Assembly (NCBI GenBank): GCA_001662655.1 | Contig: KV460259.1 | Length of the DNA stretch: 64,000 bases | Strand: one strand, 5' to 3' | From: Pseudogymnoascus verrucosus | Taxonomy: Eukaryota | Part shown: positions 21,967-34,069 of the stretch, piece after piece | Position numbering within the stretch: the first letter of the stretch is position 1 | Layout of the letters: each line of letters begins with the position of its first letter | Notes under the pieces: model-generated | What the model was told of the DNA's origin: nothing | The model's input: the letters and a program-made list of their open reading frames with translations, nothing else | The model's database searches: none | Translations under genes and position numbers: made by a program

Positions 21967-22055
21967 AGAATGCCAAGCACTGTATAATAATAGTTGGATC
22001 TGGCATGCGTTATTTTTTTAGACGATCAAATAAAGGCCTCCGAAATGTACAGGTA

Positions 22056-23155
22056 CTACCAGGACTTATAAACCAGGCTATCCGACAAGTTTTCATAGGT
22101 GACGTGGTCAGCATGATAGTGCCGCCATCGAAGCTTCCCAGCCGATGTTCGATAAAGTTCGCCCTTCGCATTTTCGGGCAAGAACTTCTGAAACCCTTCG
22201 AAGAGCTGTGGTGAGTCCTGGAGCAAAATCCTCGATTTGACATATAAACGACGATTTGCTCTAATCCTCTTCCTCTCAAAGCCGTCAATGGCGATGGCGT
22301 ATTTTTCATAGACATCTGGCCTGTCGCTAAAATAAGCCTGTAAATCGTCAGAATGACGAGCGTTGAATGTGGAGAAAAACAAAAACATACCTCGAGAAAC
22401 TCCATGTACCGCTTTCCTTCTTCTTTGTGGAACCGCGATGTTCCTCCAGTTGCCATGGTGCGTCCCGCAACTGATGGATAGACATTTGCTGGCAACAGCT
22501 GACTAAAGCCTTTAAGTAGACTGGCATCGACACTGAATTCTGGGAGGTGTTTGACCCTGGAGATGTCTTTCATGGCACTCTCTTCGATTCTTTCCTCCTC
22601 AGAATTTTCGGTCGCCGTGCTCGCGACCGTGACTTTGGCTACACGTTTGATGGCAGAGTCGACGAGAGGTGCAGCGTATGGCGTACCTTTCCCGTTTCGA
22701 ATGGCTTGAATTAAGTCATCTCGGACTGGCGAGAGTTGAAGTGCAGCGCCACGGAACAAGGCCTCCACTCGAGTGCTGATATGTTGATGGGCCTCGTCTC
22801 TTGCGGCAGCGTATGAAGTGAGGAGACCAAAGAGTTCTTTGTGTACCTCTGGTTTGTTCTGGTAATTCATCTACCCATCGATTAATCTCTTGAGTTGCTG
22901 TCGGATGAAATCTATCACCTTCACTTGCTCTAAGAATGTAGTGGCTTTGTGGAGGATCTCCATTGAGCGCGCAGCTTCATCTTGAGCATGGTGAGATTCC
23001 ACACTTGATGACTCCATCGGGATCGTTCGCATAGTTTCATCTTGGCAATGGTGAGATCCAATACTTGGCGACTCTGTCGGCATGGCTTGCGCTGCTTCGT
23101 CTTGAGGATGGCAAGGCTCCATAGACCCCATACTTGATGACTCGGTCGACGACAT
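22056..23155 (-). CDS. Paired amphipathic helix (PAH, Sin3-like) domain protein with two PAH-like units and no HID
   Basis: Exons 23155-22919, 22870-22391, 22337-22056. ATTFLEQVK|MNYQNKPEVHKELFGLL...ISTRVEALFRG and YMEFLE|AYFSDRPDVYEKY...LLQDSPQLFEGFQKFLP match PAH helices. Confidence 0.7.
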
Positions 23156-24145
23156 GGTGTGTCTGGTTGTTTTTCAGAAACCTCCAGTATAAAGAGAGTG
23201 AACCCAGAGACGTAGTTTATCTCAATCATAAAGCATAAAAGAAGGTAGAGTCAGCACATAACAATCGCACAGTCACAATTCACTCGAAGAAGTGATAAGT
23301 GAGTTCACCATATAGACTAGGGTCAATGTGACAAAATCGTCCTGGCAACAAAACTCTTACAAGGAAATAAGCAGCTCGAATTTCAGTTCAAATTCACATA
23401 TAATTTCCACTGCAAAACAAGATAATTGAAAGCATTGTGATACCATGGAACAGAATCCATGGAGCAGCTTATACTGTTAAGATACCATACTAAATTTCCA
23501 CGGATGCATCACTTACATAATTTCCAGCCGCCATTACTCACACTTGACACGTCAACGCAGAATAAATCTTCAAATATGTTGTTACTTATCAACATCTTTC
23601 TTTCTTGCAATGCCCTTATGCGAAAGGTCAAATAACATTTGCTTCGGGTTGAGAAACAGTTTCGTGGTCTTCGTCACCCCACAATCAATAAGAGGAAATG
23701 ATTCACCTTTGAGCTCCCATAACACGCCATAGCTTTAGTCTTGAGATCCTAATGCTTGGCATTATTATGAAAAGTTAATCTACTGAGCGCATTCATAACG
23801 ACCGTTGGAGCTTCTCATATATGAGGTTGAATTTGGATTGTTTGTATAAGACTTCTTTCTTGCTTTGTGATTGGCCGGATGTGGGTGGTGGCTGCCTCGC
23901 TCGCGGCGCTCGTGGATCGTCAGATGACATAAGCGAGGCTGATAAGATAGAAGGCAAACCCCGCTACTCGTCCCCACTTCGGTATCTCGTCACCTGGCAG
24001 GTTCCAAACACACATATTCGCAACCTATTTCATCCCGGCCGACTTGTCATCTACACAGTCAGTGCTATTTTATCTACGGAGAACCCAAGTTATCCCTTCA
24101 CATACTCAGCGGCACATAGAACGGGAAGCACAAAATACCGCAAAC

Positions 24146-25453
24146 ATGACAGCCCTTCGCAACCTCGCTCACAGCACCTTCGGCGGCTTCGCGCACAGCA
24201 CCTTGGATATGCTTCGAGAAAGATATCCTGGACGAATACCCGATGCTGTAGATGTCGAAGTTCGTAAAACAGGGCAGCTTCATCCAGAGCATTTTGTGGC
24301 CGCAGGGGACTACATTACAAAGTGGTTTCCAGTGTGGCAATGGAAAGATCTTCCGAAGGTTGAAAAAGAGATCGGAGGAAAGACCGACGTGGAGTTCGAA
24401 GAAAAGACCGAGGGGGAGTTCGTAGGAAAGATCACCGGATTACCTACTGACCGACATATTCTTGTCTGCCGAAAAATACCTTGCCGGCGTCGACTTGGCG
24501 AATTTGCTGATGATGCGACGATGCAAGAAGAGACAATGGTTAGGGACGGCGAAGACTTCACAAGGGACGTAAAAAGTGGCAGCCCAGGAGATGACGGGGG
24601 TGGGTGGCTTCGAACCGGAAGTCTCGCAGCAAGTCAAGAGGCGAGGGCCGGAGACGTGAGGACGGTAGACGAAAGTGGCAACATGGCAGATAAGGAGCCA
24701 GATGAACCAGATGATATCCCGGATATGGAAATTTTTGATGATGACCCGGACGCGCTCATTCGCGATTACGGCGGCGACTCTGATGAAGAGAAGAAGTAGG
24801 TATCCCATACGCCAAGATCTCAGGACACCGTATCGCATCATTAACTGACATAAATGTAGGTCATCACGCTTTTACGACATATTCATAGTATACTCAGCTG
24901 CCTATCTTACGCCCAGGGTATACCTGCAAGGTTATGACTACAAAGGCGCCCCGCTGACTCCTCCCGAACTCATGCTACAAGATATTATGGGCGACTACAC
25001 AGACAAGACCGTGACCATTGAGAAATTTCCTCATTATTCTGGGAACATTCAAATGGCATCGATACACCCTTGCAAACATGCCGAACTGATGAAAACCCTG
25101 TTCCTCCGCGCAGATAATGCTCTCAAGATCCGACGAGAGAAGCAACGAAAGGGCCTGGTTTCAGATGGACCTGCGGACTTGCAGAGCCTCATAGGCGACG
25201 TTGATAAATTAAGTCTAGCGCACGACCGAAAGGGCGAACCCAAGGGGAAGGGCGAGGATGAGTGGGAGGTGGTGGATACTGATGATAGTCCCGACCAGGA
25301 GGAGGCTGCGATTAGCATCGACCAGTATCTGGTTGTGTTTTTGAAGGTAAGCAGATATGAAATACTGAAAAGACCGTATTTGTTAACATGGTTTAATAGT
25401 TTCTCGCGTCAGTCACACCGACGATTGAGTTTGACAATACGATGGCCCTTTGA
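24146..25453 (+). CDS. ATG3: Atg3-family E2-like autophagy conjugating enzyme (diverged)
   Basis: Exons 24146-24795, 24860-25346, 25400-25453; TGQLHPEHFVAAGDY, IPCRRR, DIPDME, TPRVYLQGY, catalytic SIHPCKHA, DQYLVVFLKFLASVTPTIEFDNTM. Confidence 0.88.
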
Positions 25454-26001
25454 GAGGACGGTGAAGACCCAAAATAACTCAACCAAGGCGGCATATATTC
25501 TGCACCACAGCAGCAGACTTTATCATCTGAAATGTGGTTTCACTATAAGTCTGATTTGGGCGAATCCACATGACTTAAATGCCACGGCTTTCAGCCTCAG
25601 AATGAAAATTATTGGTAGGGGTGAAGAGACCGTCCGCCATTTCTGTATGAAAGGCACCAGCTTGATTAGGCCCAGCATATAGCACTGTTATGAAATCAAC
25701 GCTAATGAAAACTGTCGTTTGGAAATACAACTCCCAAGTATATCTATTGAATTGCATGTCCGGCATGTAACTGCTGAGACGGACTGGGATGTTTTTTCAT
25801 CCTAGTCAACTATTGTGATTTGCAAAATTATAAGCCACAACAATCCTCTTATATCTGTCCCTCCGCACCTTTCGCCCATGTCATATTGAAAAGTTATTCC
25901 AAATCCATTAATTTCCCACTATTGGGGACCTTTGTTGTGAGAGGCACCGCATATCCAATTATCCAACCACGAAGCAGTTTTTCCAAACACCACCACATTC
26001 A

Positions 26002-28362
26002 TCATGCAGTTTTCAACGGAGAGCAATGAGGATCATGCTTAGAAACCACAACTATGTGTTCTGCATGATACCTTTCCTTGGTCTTTCCTCTGATTTGCTG
26101 ACAACACGATAGACATTCCCCATCCCGTACAATAAGAAGGGAGTGGCCATGGTCGATAAGCTCGCGATGATTCTGAACAACAGCACATAGACCAAAGAAG
26201 CTGGACTGGTCCATATTCCAGGTTGTGTAGCGGTTCTCGTCATCCCATTTGAACCATAATCCTGGATTAGGATATTTGCTGGGATCCGCATAGGGATTAA
26301 CCCAGCCAGTGCCTTCTCCCCAATCAGTCTCCGATGCTCTGGAATGGCCGCAGTGCAACCGCCGATAGGAATGGAGCATGCTTTCGCACAAACTATACGG
26401 CCGCAGCTGCAATCCTGCTGACTCCCCGTCACAATAAAACAGGTCGTAATGAAGGTATAACTGATTAACCGTCTGTCTTACGGCCAATTTCACCGAACTG
26501 ATGATGTCCGGCGTGGCACACATAAGCAGCGCCTCCTCTGCTTTGGCCTTCTTCCTTCCGTCGGACTTAGAACGCATGAGCCTATCCGTTAATTGAGTGA
26601 ACTTCTTCCCTTCGTACAAAATCTGCCCTGGGCAAACATGCAACATAGCAAAATCTGGCAAACTATCAGGAATCTCACGGAGAACGTGGAGATATACGCA
26701 CACTCCATCGACGGAAATAGCTGGCGAGGATAAAACGGTAGAGTTGACGTCCTTGGAAGTATAACCAGTAAAAAGGCATAATGCGTGCTCCATATGAGAA
26801 GGGAAATTATCCATAGCAACAAACGGTGCGTGTTGCGGGGGCTTGAAGTCTCCACAGCGGTATCTGTGTAGGCCAGGCGGATCTAGGTAGTATCCAGGGT
26901 CCGCCGGGTTGACGCTACGATGTTCCTCAGCACGCATATTATACAGTTTACGCAGGCCAGTAAACTTCGGACAGAGACCAGCGCATTCGGTTATGGAAAG
27001 GAGGCGCCCGAGTCGAATTATTAGCTCTATGAGAACAACTTGGCAATTGACTGTCACTGATTTCCCTCCCACAGGTCTTGTTTTATCGCACCTAATGCAG
27101 CCACAAATCTTCCAAAGAGCGTTTAAAGATTTTCTATACTTTTTTAACGCCTCCTTGTATGTTTGCATGCTGGAATCCTGGTCGAGATATGGCTCTAATC
27201 CTGAGAGTTCCGGGAACCAGTAGAGTAAGTTTTGAACGAAGCCAGTTCCAAATGAAGTCTCCACGTACAACATGTTGGTTTCCAAAACGACTGTCGGAAT
27301 GCCTTCTTCTGCTGCTGCAATGCCTGCATACACTCTTGCAACGCTGCTGATAATTTTACCAACGCAGTCAGCACTCTTCATGAGGTCTTTAAACAAGACA
27401 CCAAACACTGCAGACAAGCAGGTGTTCCACGCCACCCGGCCATTCATGGCTGGAGTATCCATCCGGCCACCAATACAACTCTGTGGATACATAGGGTCTC
27501 TCCCGTCCCAAAAGTCGGACACAGTATCGATGTAGAACGTCCTATCTGCCAATTCCAACAGTTTCTCTCCTGTTCTTCTGGTCGGATTGGCGTCTTCTCC
27601 ACCATGGGTCCTAATAACAGAACAGATGTTGACTTGGGAGAATTGGCCGTCTGGGCAGCTTGTGTATACGATATCATCCTGCTCGTTTATGATCGTCACT
27701 GTAAGGTCGAAAAGCCATTCCGCCAAAGCTCCTATCCACCTAGCTTCCTTGCCTCCGTGTATAGTGATGGAGACCAACTCATGCTTTGTGACCTTTGCAA
27801 TTGCATTTAAAACTTTGGCAATGTCGGTTGTGTCGGCGGGTTTGTTGTCGGTCTCTAGCCCCATGAGTGTCTCTGCACGTATGGGAAACACAGTCGTTGA
27901 TAGTATGCCGGCGCAGCTTTTGATGAGTGCTAGCCATTCGCTGCAAGCAGGGGTCATATCAAGGTTATCTTCTAATGAAGCCATGTCGCTCAAGATCTCC
28001 GCTGCAGTTTCATGTGGGAAACATTCTGATAACGCAGCACACAATGCCACCAGTGCACTGCCCTGCTGCGTCATTGCTATCACCCTCGCAGGATGCTTCA
28101 TGCCGAAGCCAAACCAAAGGATATTTTGAAAGCCGGCATAAGCCTTCATATCTTTTAAGGCATTGTTGATGTTCTTTTGCCCGTTGCGGGAAAGTTGAAA
28201 TTTTCCGCCGAGAGTGCAGCCCGTGTTGAGAGTATGGAGGTCCAAATTCGACCCGGAGAGGCGCTGAATCATGCCATAGCTGAGGGAGACAAAGTTGGTG
28301 GAGAGTGCAACCCAGTCCAACGAGCCTTGTTGGGCAAAGTTGCTGGAACTGTCGAGAGCCAT
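26002..28362 (-). CDS. Uncharacterised 786-aa fungal protein
   Basis: Long intronless ORF; N-terminus GSLDWVALS...LWFGFG...ALCAAL resembles a recurrent Pezizomycotina family of unknown function; CGCIRC and CLSCC motifs. Confidence 0.75.
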   Translation of the reverse strand: MALDSSSNFAQQGSLDWVALSTNFVSLSYGMIQRLSGSNLDLHTLNTGCTLGGKFQLSRNGQKNINNALKDMKAYAGFQNILWFGFGMKHPARVIAMTQQGSALVALCAALSECFPHETAAEILSDMASLEDNLDMTPACSEWLALIKSCAGILSTTVFPIRAETLMGLETDNKPADTTDIAKVLNAIAKVTKHELVSITIHGGKEARWIGALAEWLFDLTVTIINEQDDIVYTSCPDGQFSQVNICSVIRTHGGEDANPTRRTGEKLLELADRTFYIDTVSDFWDGRDPMYPQSCIGGRMDTPAMNGRVAWNTCLSAVFGVLFKDLMKSADCVGKIISSVARVYAGIAAAEEGIPTVVLETNMLYVETSFGTGFVQNLLYWFPELSGLEPYLDQDSSMQTYKEALKKYRKSLNALWKICGCIRCDKTRPVGGKSVTVNCQVVLIELIIRLGRLLSITECAGLCPKFTGLRKLYNMRAEEHRSVNPADPGYYLDPPGLHRYRCGDFKPPQHAPFVAMDNFPSHMEHALCLFTGYTSKDVNSTVLSSPAISVDGVCVYLHVLREIPDSLPDFAMLHVCPGQILYEGKKFTQLTDRLMRSKSDGRKKAKAEEALLMCATPDIISSVKLAVRQTVNQLYLHYDLFYCDGESAGLQLRPYSLCESMLHSYRRLHCGHSRASETDWGEGTGWVNPYADPSKYPNPGLWFKWDDENRYTTWNMDQSSFFGLCAVVQNHRELIDHGHSLLIVRDGECLSCCQQIRGKTKERYHAEHIVVVSKHDPHCSPLKTA

Positions 28363-29382
28363 CTTAGCTTGCTCTGTGAAAACGTCTGCGGTCCCACCAA
28401 ATAATCTGAGAAGAAAAACAGTACAGGAGGGATAAACGTATTAAAGAAAACCCCACCATTTCAACCTGTAGCCTTGCCATGACTATTTGCTGGTTATGCG
28501 CGCTGAAGCGCTCCAAGTCTGCCTAGGATTGGCCAAGTAGCGTTTCGGATATGCACCTCCTCCTGTAAATAGCCTTTCCCTGTGCCAAATGAGAACCCCC
28601 AAAACCCCCAGAGTTGCGTTATCAACGGCAAGTCTGATACATATTGAACCATTTTAGGCCACTTGTTTGCTACGAACTAGGCATCCGATGGGTTGCCTAC
28701 TGGCCTTTCCCGGGAACACTTGGTCATTGGCAAGGCGCGTTTGCACAGCCCTGAGGCTGGTTGGCGGGCCGCATGGCTCCCGTCAGTATCCAAAGATTTG
28801 TCGGGCACGGTACATGGAAATCGTGGAAACGGAGTTCATGAGCCAAACTTACCGTTTTAGGTCTATGAAGAGTTCTAGACTGATGGAGGCTCACGATTAC
28901 CATGATAATTTCTTGAAGACTTCGCCAAGCGCTCGTCCCGTTCCGACCCCACTACCCGCTTTACTAGCCTACCCAAGCCCGGGACAAGTTGATCAATTAT
29001 GCTGTAGTCAAAGGTGGTTCAGCGGAGTATAATCCGTTGCTTCTCATTCATTACATCTACATACTCTCCTTGCCCATCCTGGCACTTCAATCCCCTGGTA
29101 TAAAGATCCCCTAATAACGGGGGTATATGTAGATGCAAATCAGCCTCTGCGGCATCCATCCATCCTATGGAAGTAAAAAAATATTGTGAATAAAACGCCC
29201 CAGCGCCATCTTTCCCATCCGATCCCCATCTCCGCCATGCTGTATACAAAAACCGCGGTGCATTTTGCCGCGCTGCCCAGGAACCCGCTCGTTTGTTCCA
29301 GACCCCCAGGAGAAGTACGCGAACCCTCCCGTTTGCCTCCAGCCCATCATTGCCGATTCACAGGCTTGTCATCTCTATCTCA

Positions 29383-30264
29383 TCATGATAGACCCCACAT
29401 GCTGAGTAATAGTATGGGTGTGAGGACGGCCATCGAGATGGTTATTGACAAATCGGCGCCGGAAATTTGTGATGTGAAGACATTGTTGAAGCCGATGTCG
29501 CTGCTATTGAAGCAGTTCGATTTGTTGACCTCTGCGACGTTCTCTGGCTCTGCGAAGATGATGTCGACGCACTAATAGCCGTTAGTTATTGCTCCTTGTT
29601 CAAGTATCGAACGTAGCAACTTACATTGAATAGACTCGCCCCGTGCTGTGCTGTCATCACGACCTGAATCGTCGCGAGATCGCCCGCCTTGACGGTCGCG
29701 TTCGCTGGCAGCGGGATCTGCGGCAGACAGAAGGTGCCCGGATACGGTCCGTTCGAGGGTCCTGTGAACTCAAAGATGGGGACCATGACGTTGGTGAAGT
29801 TATTGGGGCCATTGTCAGGCCCATTGGTGCCAAAGCCCATATTGACGTAGAAGAAGCCCTTGGAGTGCCCTTGGAACCAGCCCGGCTGCACGGCGAGAGC
29901 ACCGCCGCCTATGGGCCAGGTGGTGCGGTTGCGCGAGGTACCCATTCCGCCGCCTAGAGAGAAAGTTAGCGGCAGTTTGGAAAAAGTTGAGGTGAATGAG
30001 ATTGCGCTTTGGATGTTGCGCGGGTCGTCCAGTTGAGCCGGCATATGCCCACTGGAGAGAGCTCTTGCGCTGTTCGCAGAGGTATATCGCAAATACAAGA
30101 AATCGGAATCGGGGCTACTCACAAGGATACATCCATTGCATGCCGAATGGAAACGTCTCATTTGTGACCAAGTTGTCTCCTCTCCAGCCTGGATAAGAAA
30201 TCACAGTGTGTCCGTTCACTAACGACAGACATATCGCCAGAGCTGAAAGTATTGAGTAGAACAT
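29383..30264 (-). CDS. GPI-anchored BIM1-like / X325-type copper-binding protein
   Basis: Exons 30264-30123, 29953-29625, 29571-29383; signal peptide ending LVNG then N-terminal His (HTVISYPGWRG), YPCGG, NRTTWP, GHSKG, GTFCLP, ATIQVV, CVDIIF, hydrophobic C-terminal tail. Confidence 0.8.
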
Positions 30265-32119
30265 GGCGGCGGATGTGGAACAGAGATTTTTGTGCAGAGA
30301 ACAATGGCCAAGATGCGCAGCAGCTTAGCTATTCGGAGACAGGGTTAACAGGGTTACTCTCTCTCTCGCCCTGCTGTCGACAATCGTACTTTTTTTGTGA
30401 AGTCGCAAAGATGATCAACGGAAGTGGCTCAGTGTCGACGATGTAGGTCTCTCAGTCAGTCGCCCATCAGACCTCTCGAGTTCAGCGCTGGGGGCCAGAG
30501 AGCCTTTTGAGGGCCATGCATCACGCACGGCAGCGCACCTCTCCCCTCCCTCCCACCATTGACAGCGGGCGGTTACGGTGATGAGAGCACAGCCAGTCAC
30601 CGTGCAGCGTGTGGTGCCTCGCACGCAGCGGGATGATCGCGTCCCCGCCGCCCCATTGGCGCGGGCGCCCACTAGTGTACATTCAAGCTGGGGTCCGATC
30701 GGCCCCATCTGCACCTTAAGCACGCTGGATGGTGAACAGAGGTGCAGGGGCGGGCATGGGTGGCGGCGAGTCGCTGGCCACTGTGCGATACGGATACACA
30801 CCCGGCGAATCAGGGCGGCGCGCTGGGGTCCGGCACATCAGTAGTGCAAGGGGCTTCGTCCAGTGGTTATCCATGTCTACGCGCCGAACAACATATCACT
30901 CGGTTCTGTTTGCTCTTCCCACCCACAGCTCCGAGGAATTTCTTTGTTTGCTCCCATGTCGTGTTCAGATGCACAAAGAAAGTATCCTCGTACAGGCGGC
31001 CTCGCGGCGGTGGCCTTCATGTCAACGGCTAGACTGTAAGTTGCATATTAGACCTCTGGCCGCATCGTGAACCCATCGTCTTTGTCGGCATTTCCATTGC
31101 TTGTACTTGGCAGATGGTGTGAGAGCAAGAGCGGAGGGAGCTGCCGGATCGATATGCTTATTCAGGCGTGACAATCGCCCCCAGGAGAGCCCGTGTCCCC
31201 TACCAACATGAACAGGATACAGCTCGCATTCCAGCCGCCTGTACTCCGTATCCCCCGTACATATGTACCATATGCACGCATCCACAGTTCTATCCATATC
31301 CTGTCCTCCCTTGGATCTATTTGTCTTTCCCGAACCGCCCATCCCACCCCATCCCGTTATCCCCAAACCGAATGTAACACTTCCGAATGCCCTAGTGCTG
31401 CGAAATATCGATAAAAGTCAAGAGTTCCACGGAGTCTCGAACACTGCCAAGCGCCCACGTTGTGATGAGCGGCCAAGCGCTTCGAGATACAGGAACGGTT
31501 TTGCAACCATTTTAGCCTCTTCGGAGGTAATTGTCGTTCTGGCAAGCTCCAGGAATATTGAGCTTCGGGTCACGTGCAAGACCTTGGTTGACATGGCACA
31601 GGGATGTAGATATACAGTAGCTACTCATCCAGGAACAGATATCGAACTGGACATCCGATGAAAGCTACTGACACCGGCTATGATACCCTCACCCTTTACA
31701 AACCTGCTTCGCGTATAGTCTACTCGCAGTCACGTGGGTGGACGACGAGTACATGGCTTTCACAACACTACAGTTCTCAATTATCGACCATAGTCGTTGA
31801 AATCTGTATATCTGATTTCGCCCAACCGATCCTGACCTACTCCTTAACCCGCTACTTGGAATATGCAATGAGTCCGCCCAACCTTCCGACCTAAATTACA
31901 GCCAATGCCCGCCATGGGCACTTCCAGATCTCATGCTGACGCTACAATGCTTGTCCCAATACTCCCACAAAACACCCTGGTCCGCATCTCTGGTAGCAGG
32001 ACCCGCCAAGGTCCGTTTCGCCAATTTCAATGGAACCAATATCTGGGAAGCAGCTCCCCCTTCGTGTCGCGGCACGACCCCCTCGCTAGTGTTTGACTAC
32101 TTCACATCGCGAGCAGACT

Positions 32120-33396
32120 TCATACCTCTTTCTCGGCACGCCAGAGGCCGAATGGCCCGGCGCAGTTCTTCCACATCTTGATGGTGCCATCCTCGCTCCC
32201 TGTAGCATAGAGTTTGCCGTCGGGAGAGAAGCTAATACTCCAGATGGGGCCGTGATGACCCTTATGAACATCTACATCGATATTAGCATGTCTCAGTATC
32301 AGAGAGTTCAGCTGGCTACTCACCAAGTTCCTGCTCGGTGTCATAGTTGTACACCTTTGCCCAGGTGTCCTTAATCCCACCAGTCACAAACTTGCGCTGC
32401 TTCGGGTGGATGGCGACGCTGGCGACGTCATATGGAAGATTCACTGACTTCAGCAGATGTCTTGCATCCGCGCCGCCATAGAAATAAACGGTACGGCCAG
32501 CCGCAATAGCCAGGACGGGCATGCCCCCTCCGATATCCGCGGAGTCGGCACCGGCGGAGAGCATGTTGAACTCGCAGGAACCAATGTCGCCTTTTACCGG
32601 CAATTCCTGGATGACCACCCTGTTCTGCAAGTCCCACCAGCGGATTATCTTGTCGTCGGCAGCTGTGACGAGGATGTTTGGGTCGTGTGTCCAGATGATG
32701 GCTTTGATAGCCCCCTTGTGGACATCTGGGCCAATTTCGAAGCCCTTATCCGCTGAGATAATAGTCGGATCTGAAGAGTCGCCGTTTGTTGGGGCGCCAT
32801 TTGTAATTGGCGCTACGCTCGAGAGATCGAAAATGCGCAGCTTCTTCTCCATGCCGCCCGTTGCAAGGAGCTGGCCATTATTTGGAGGGAATGCGACAGC
32901 GCGAACGATGTGGTTGTGCTGAAGTGTGTATAGAGTTTCGCCAGTGTGTGTATCCCATACTCGTCTGTGAGGAAATCATGTGTTAGCAATGTGATTTTTG
33001 GAAAGGTAAGACTCGGACTTACGCAGTGAAGTCTGCTGATGCGGTGGCAGCCAGAGATGCATCTGGTGATAAACGAGCCTGGTACACAGCGCCTTTGTGG
33101 CCAAAAAAAGTTCCAATCCTGCATGAGTTAGTTTTCAGTCTTTATATCTCGTGCAGGATGACCAACCAATCTCCGGTCATGCCATCCCTCAGCATTGGGT
33201 TGTTATCTTCATTGTGTCAGCATGGACTCCCCCTCATGTCAGAGTGGCGGTGGCGCCTACCTTTGCATGCTGAGATCAAGTAGTATTCCTCGCGGTTGTC
33301 GCCAACAATGCCAGAAAAGCTCAGATGCGTAACAGGGCGTGAATGGCCATGGCAAGTAAGGGGGACGTATTGTCTAGAACTCTCACTGGCAGCCAT
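32120..33396 (-). CDS. WD40 protein, STRAP/Unrip (serine-threonine kinase receptor-associated protein) family
   Basis: Multi-exon; [83 protein letters not shown]. Confidence 0.9.
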
Positions 33397-34069
33397 AATG
33401 GTTTGCGCCGTTGCCTCTTGGAATCGGAAACTGTCGCGGTTTGAAGGAGTGCCTTGAAGCTAGATCGTTGCAGATATTTCAATCAGAAATCTGAATAGAT
33501 CAGACAAAATGCAAAGCAGCAAGGTTCTCTCGAATTTGATATGAAATGTTGTCCTGGTGGCTGTTGCTGTTCGACAAGAGAAGCGTATCTCAATGACAAG
33601 GAAGATTCGTAATAGTCGTTAAAATGGTCGTTATGAGGGTTCCCTGCACGTCTATACAAAGTATAATGAGTATTTGAAAATGTCGTTAGAGATCTGCAAA
33701 AGGGGCAAATCTGGTGTATTTCTGAGGAGACTCGCGATGATTTAATATTGAAATGAAAGTGAACATCAAACTTGTTGACACGGACCAAGGCGACAATGTC
33801 GAGACGCGCTAAAAAGGATTGATTGCGGGACATTTGGTGTGGGGGGCGAGGAAGAGGGGGTGTTTCCGGCGAAACCATATTCCGAGGATGAGCTCCCTTG
33901 GTGGTCAGTGGTCGTCATGGATGGCTTTGTAACAGATGGCATTAGAAGTCCACGGAAGAACGCCAACTTTGACAACACAACGTTTCATGACAGCTCAATA
34001 GGACTGGTGGTAGTTGACTTTTAACTTGAAATTCAACCCTTGGTTTTTTAAACTCTGCAATTTATAGCG

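Noticed and set aside
30415..31900. Many 60-130-aa ORFs between the BIM1-like and STRAP-like genes
   Set aside because: No coherent protein features; consistent with promoter and 3' UTR sequence.
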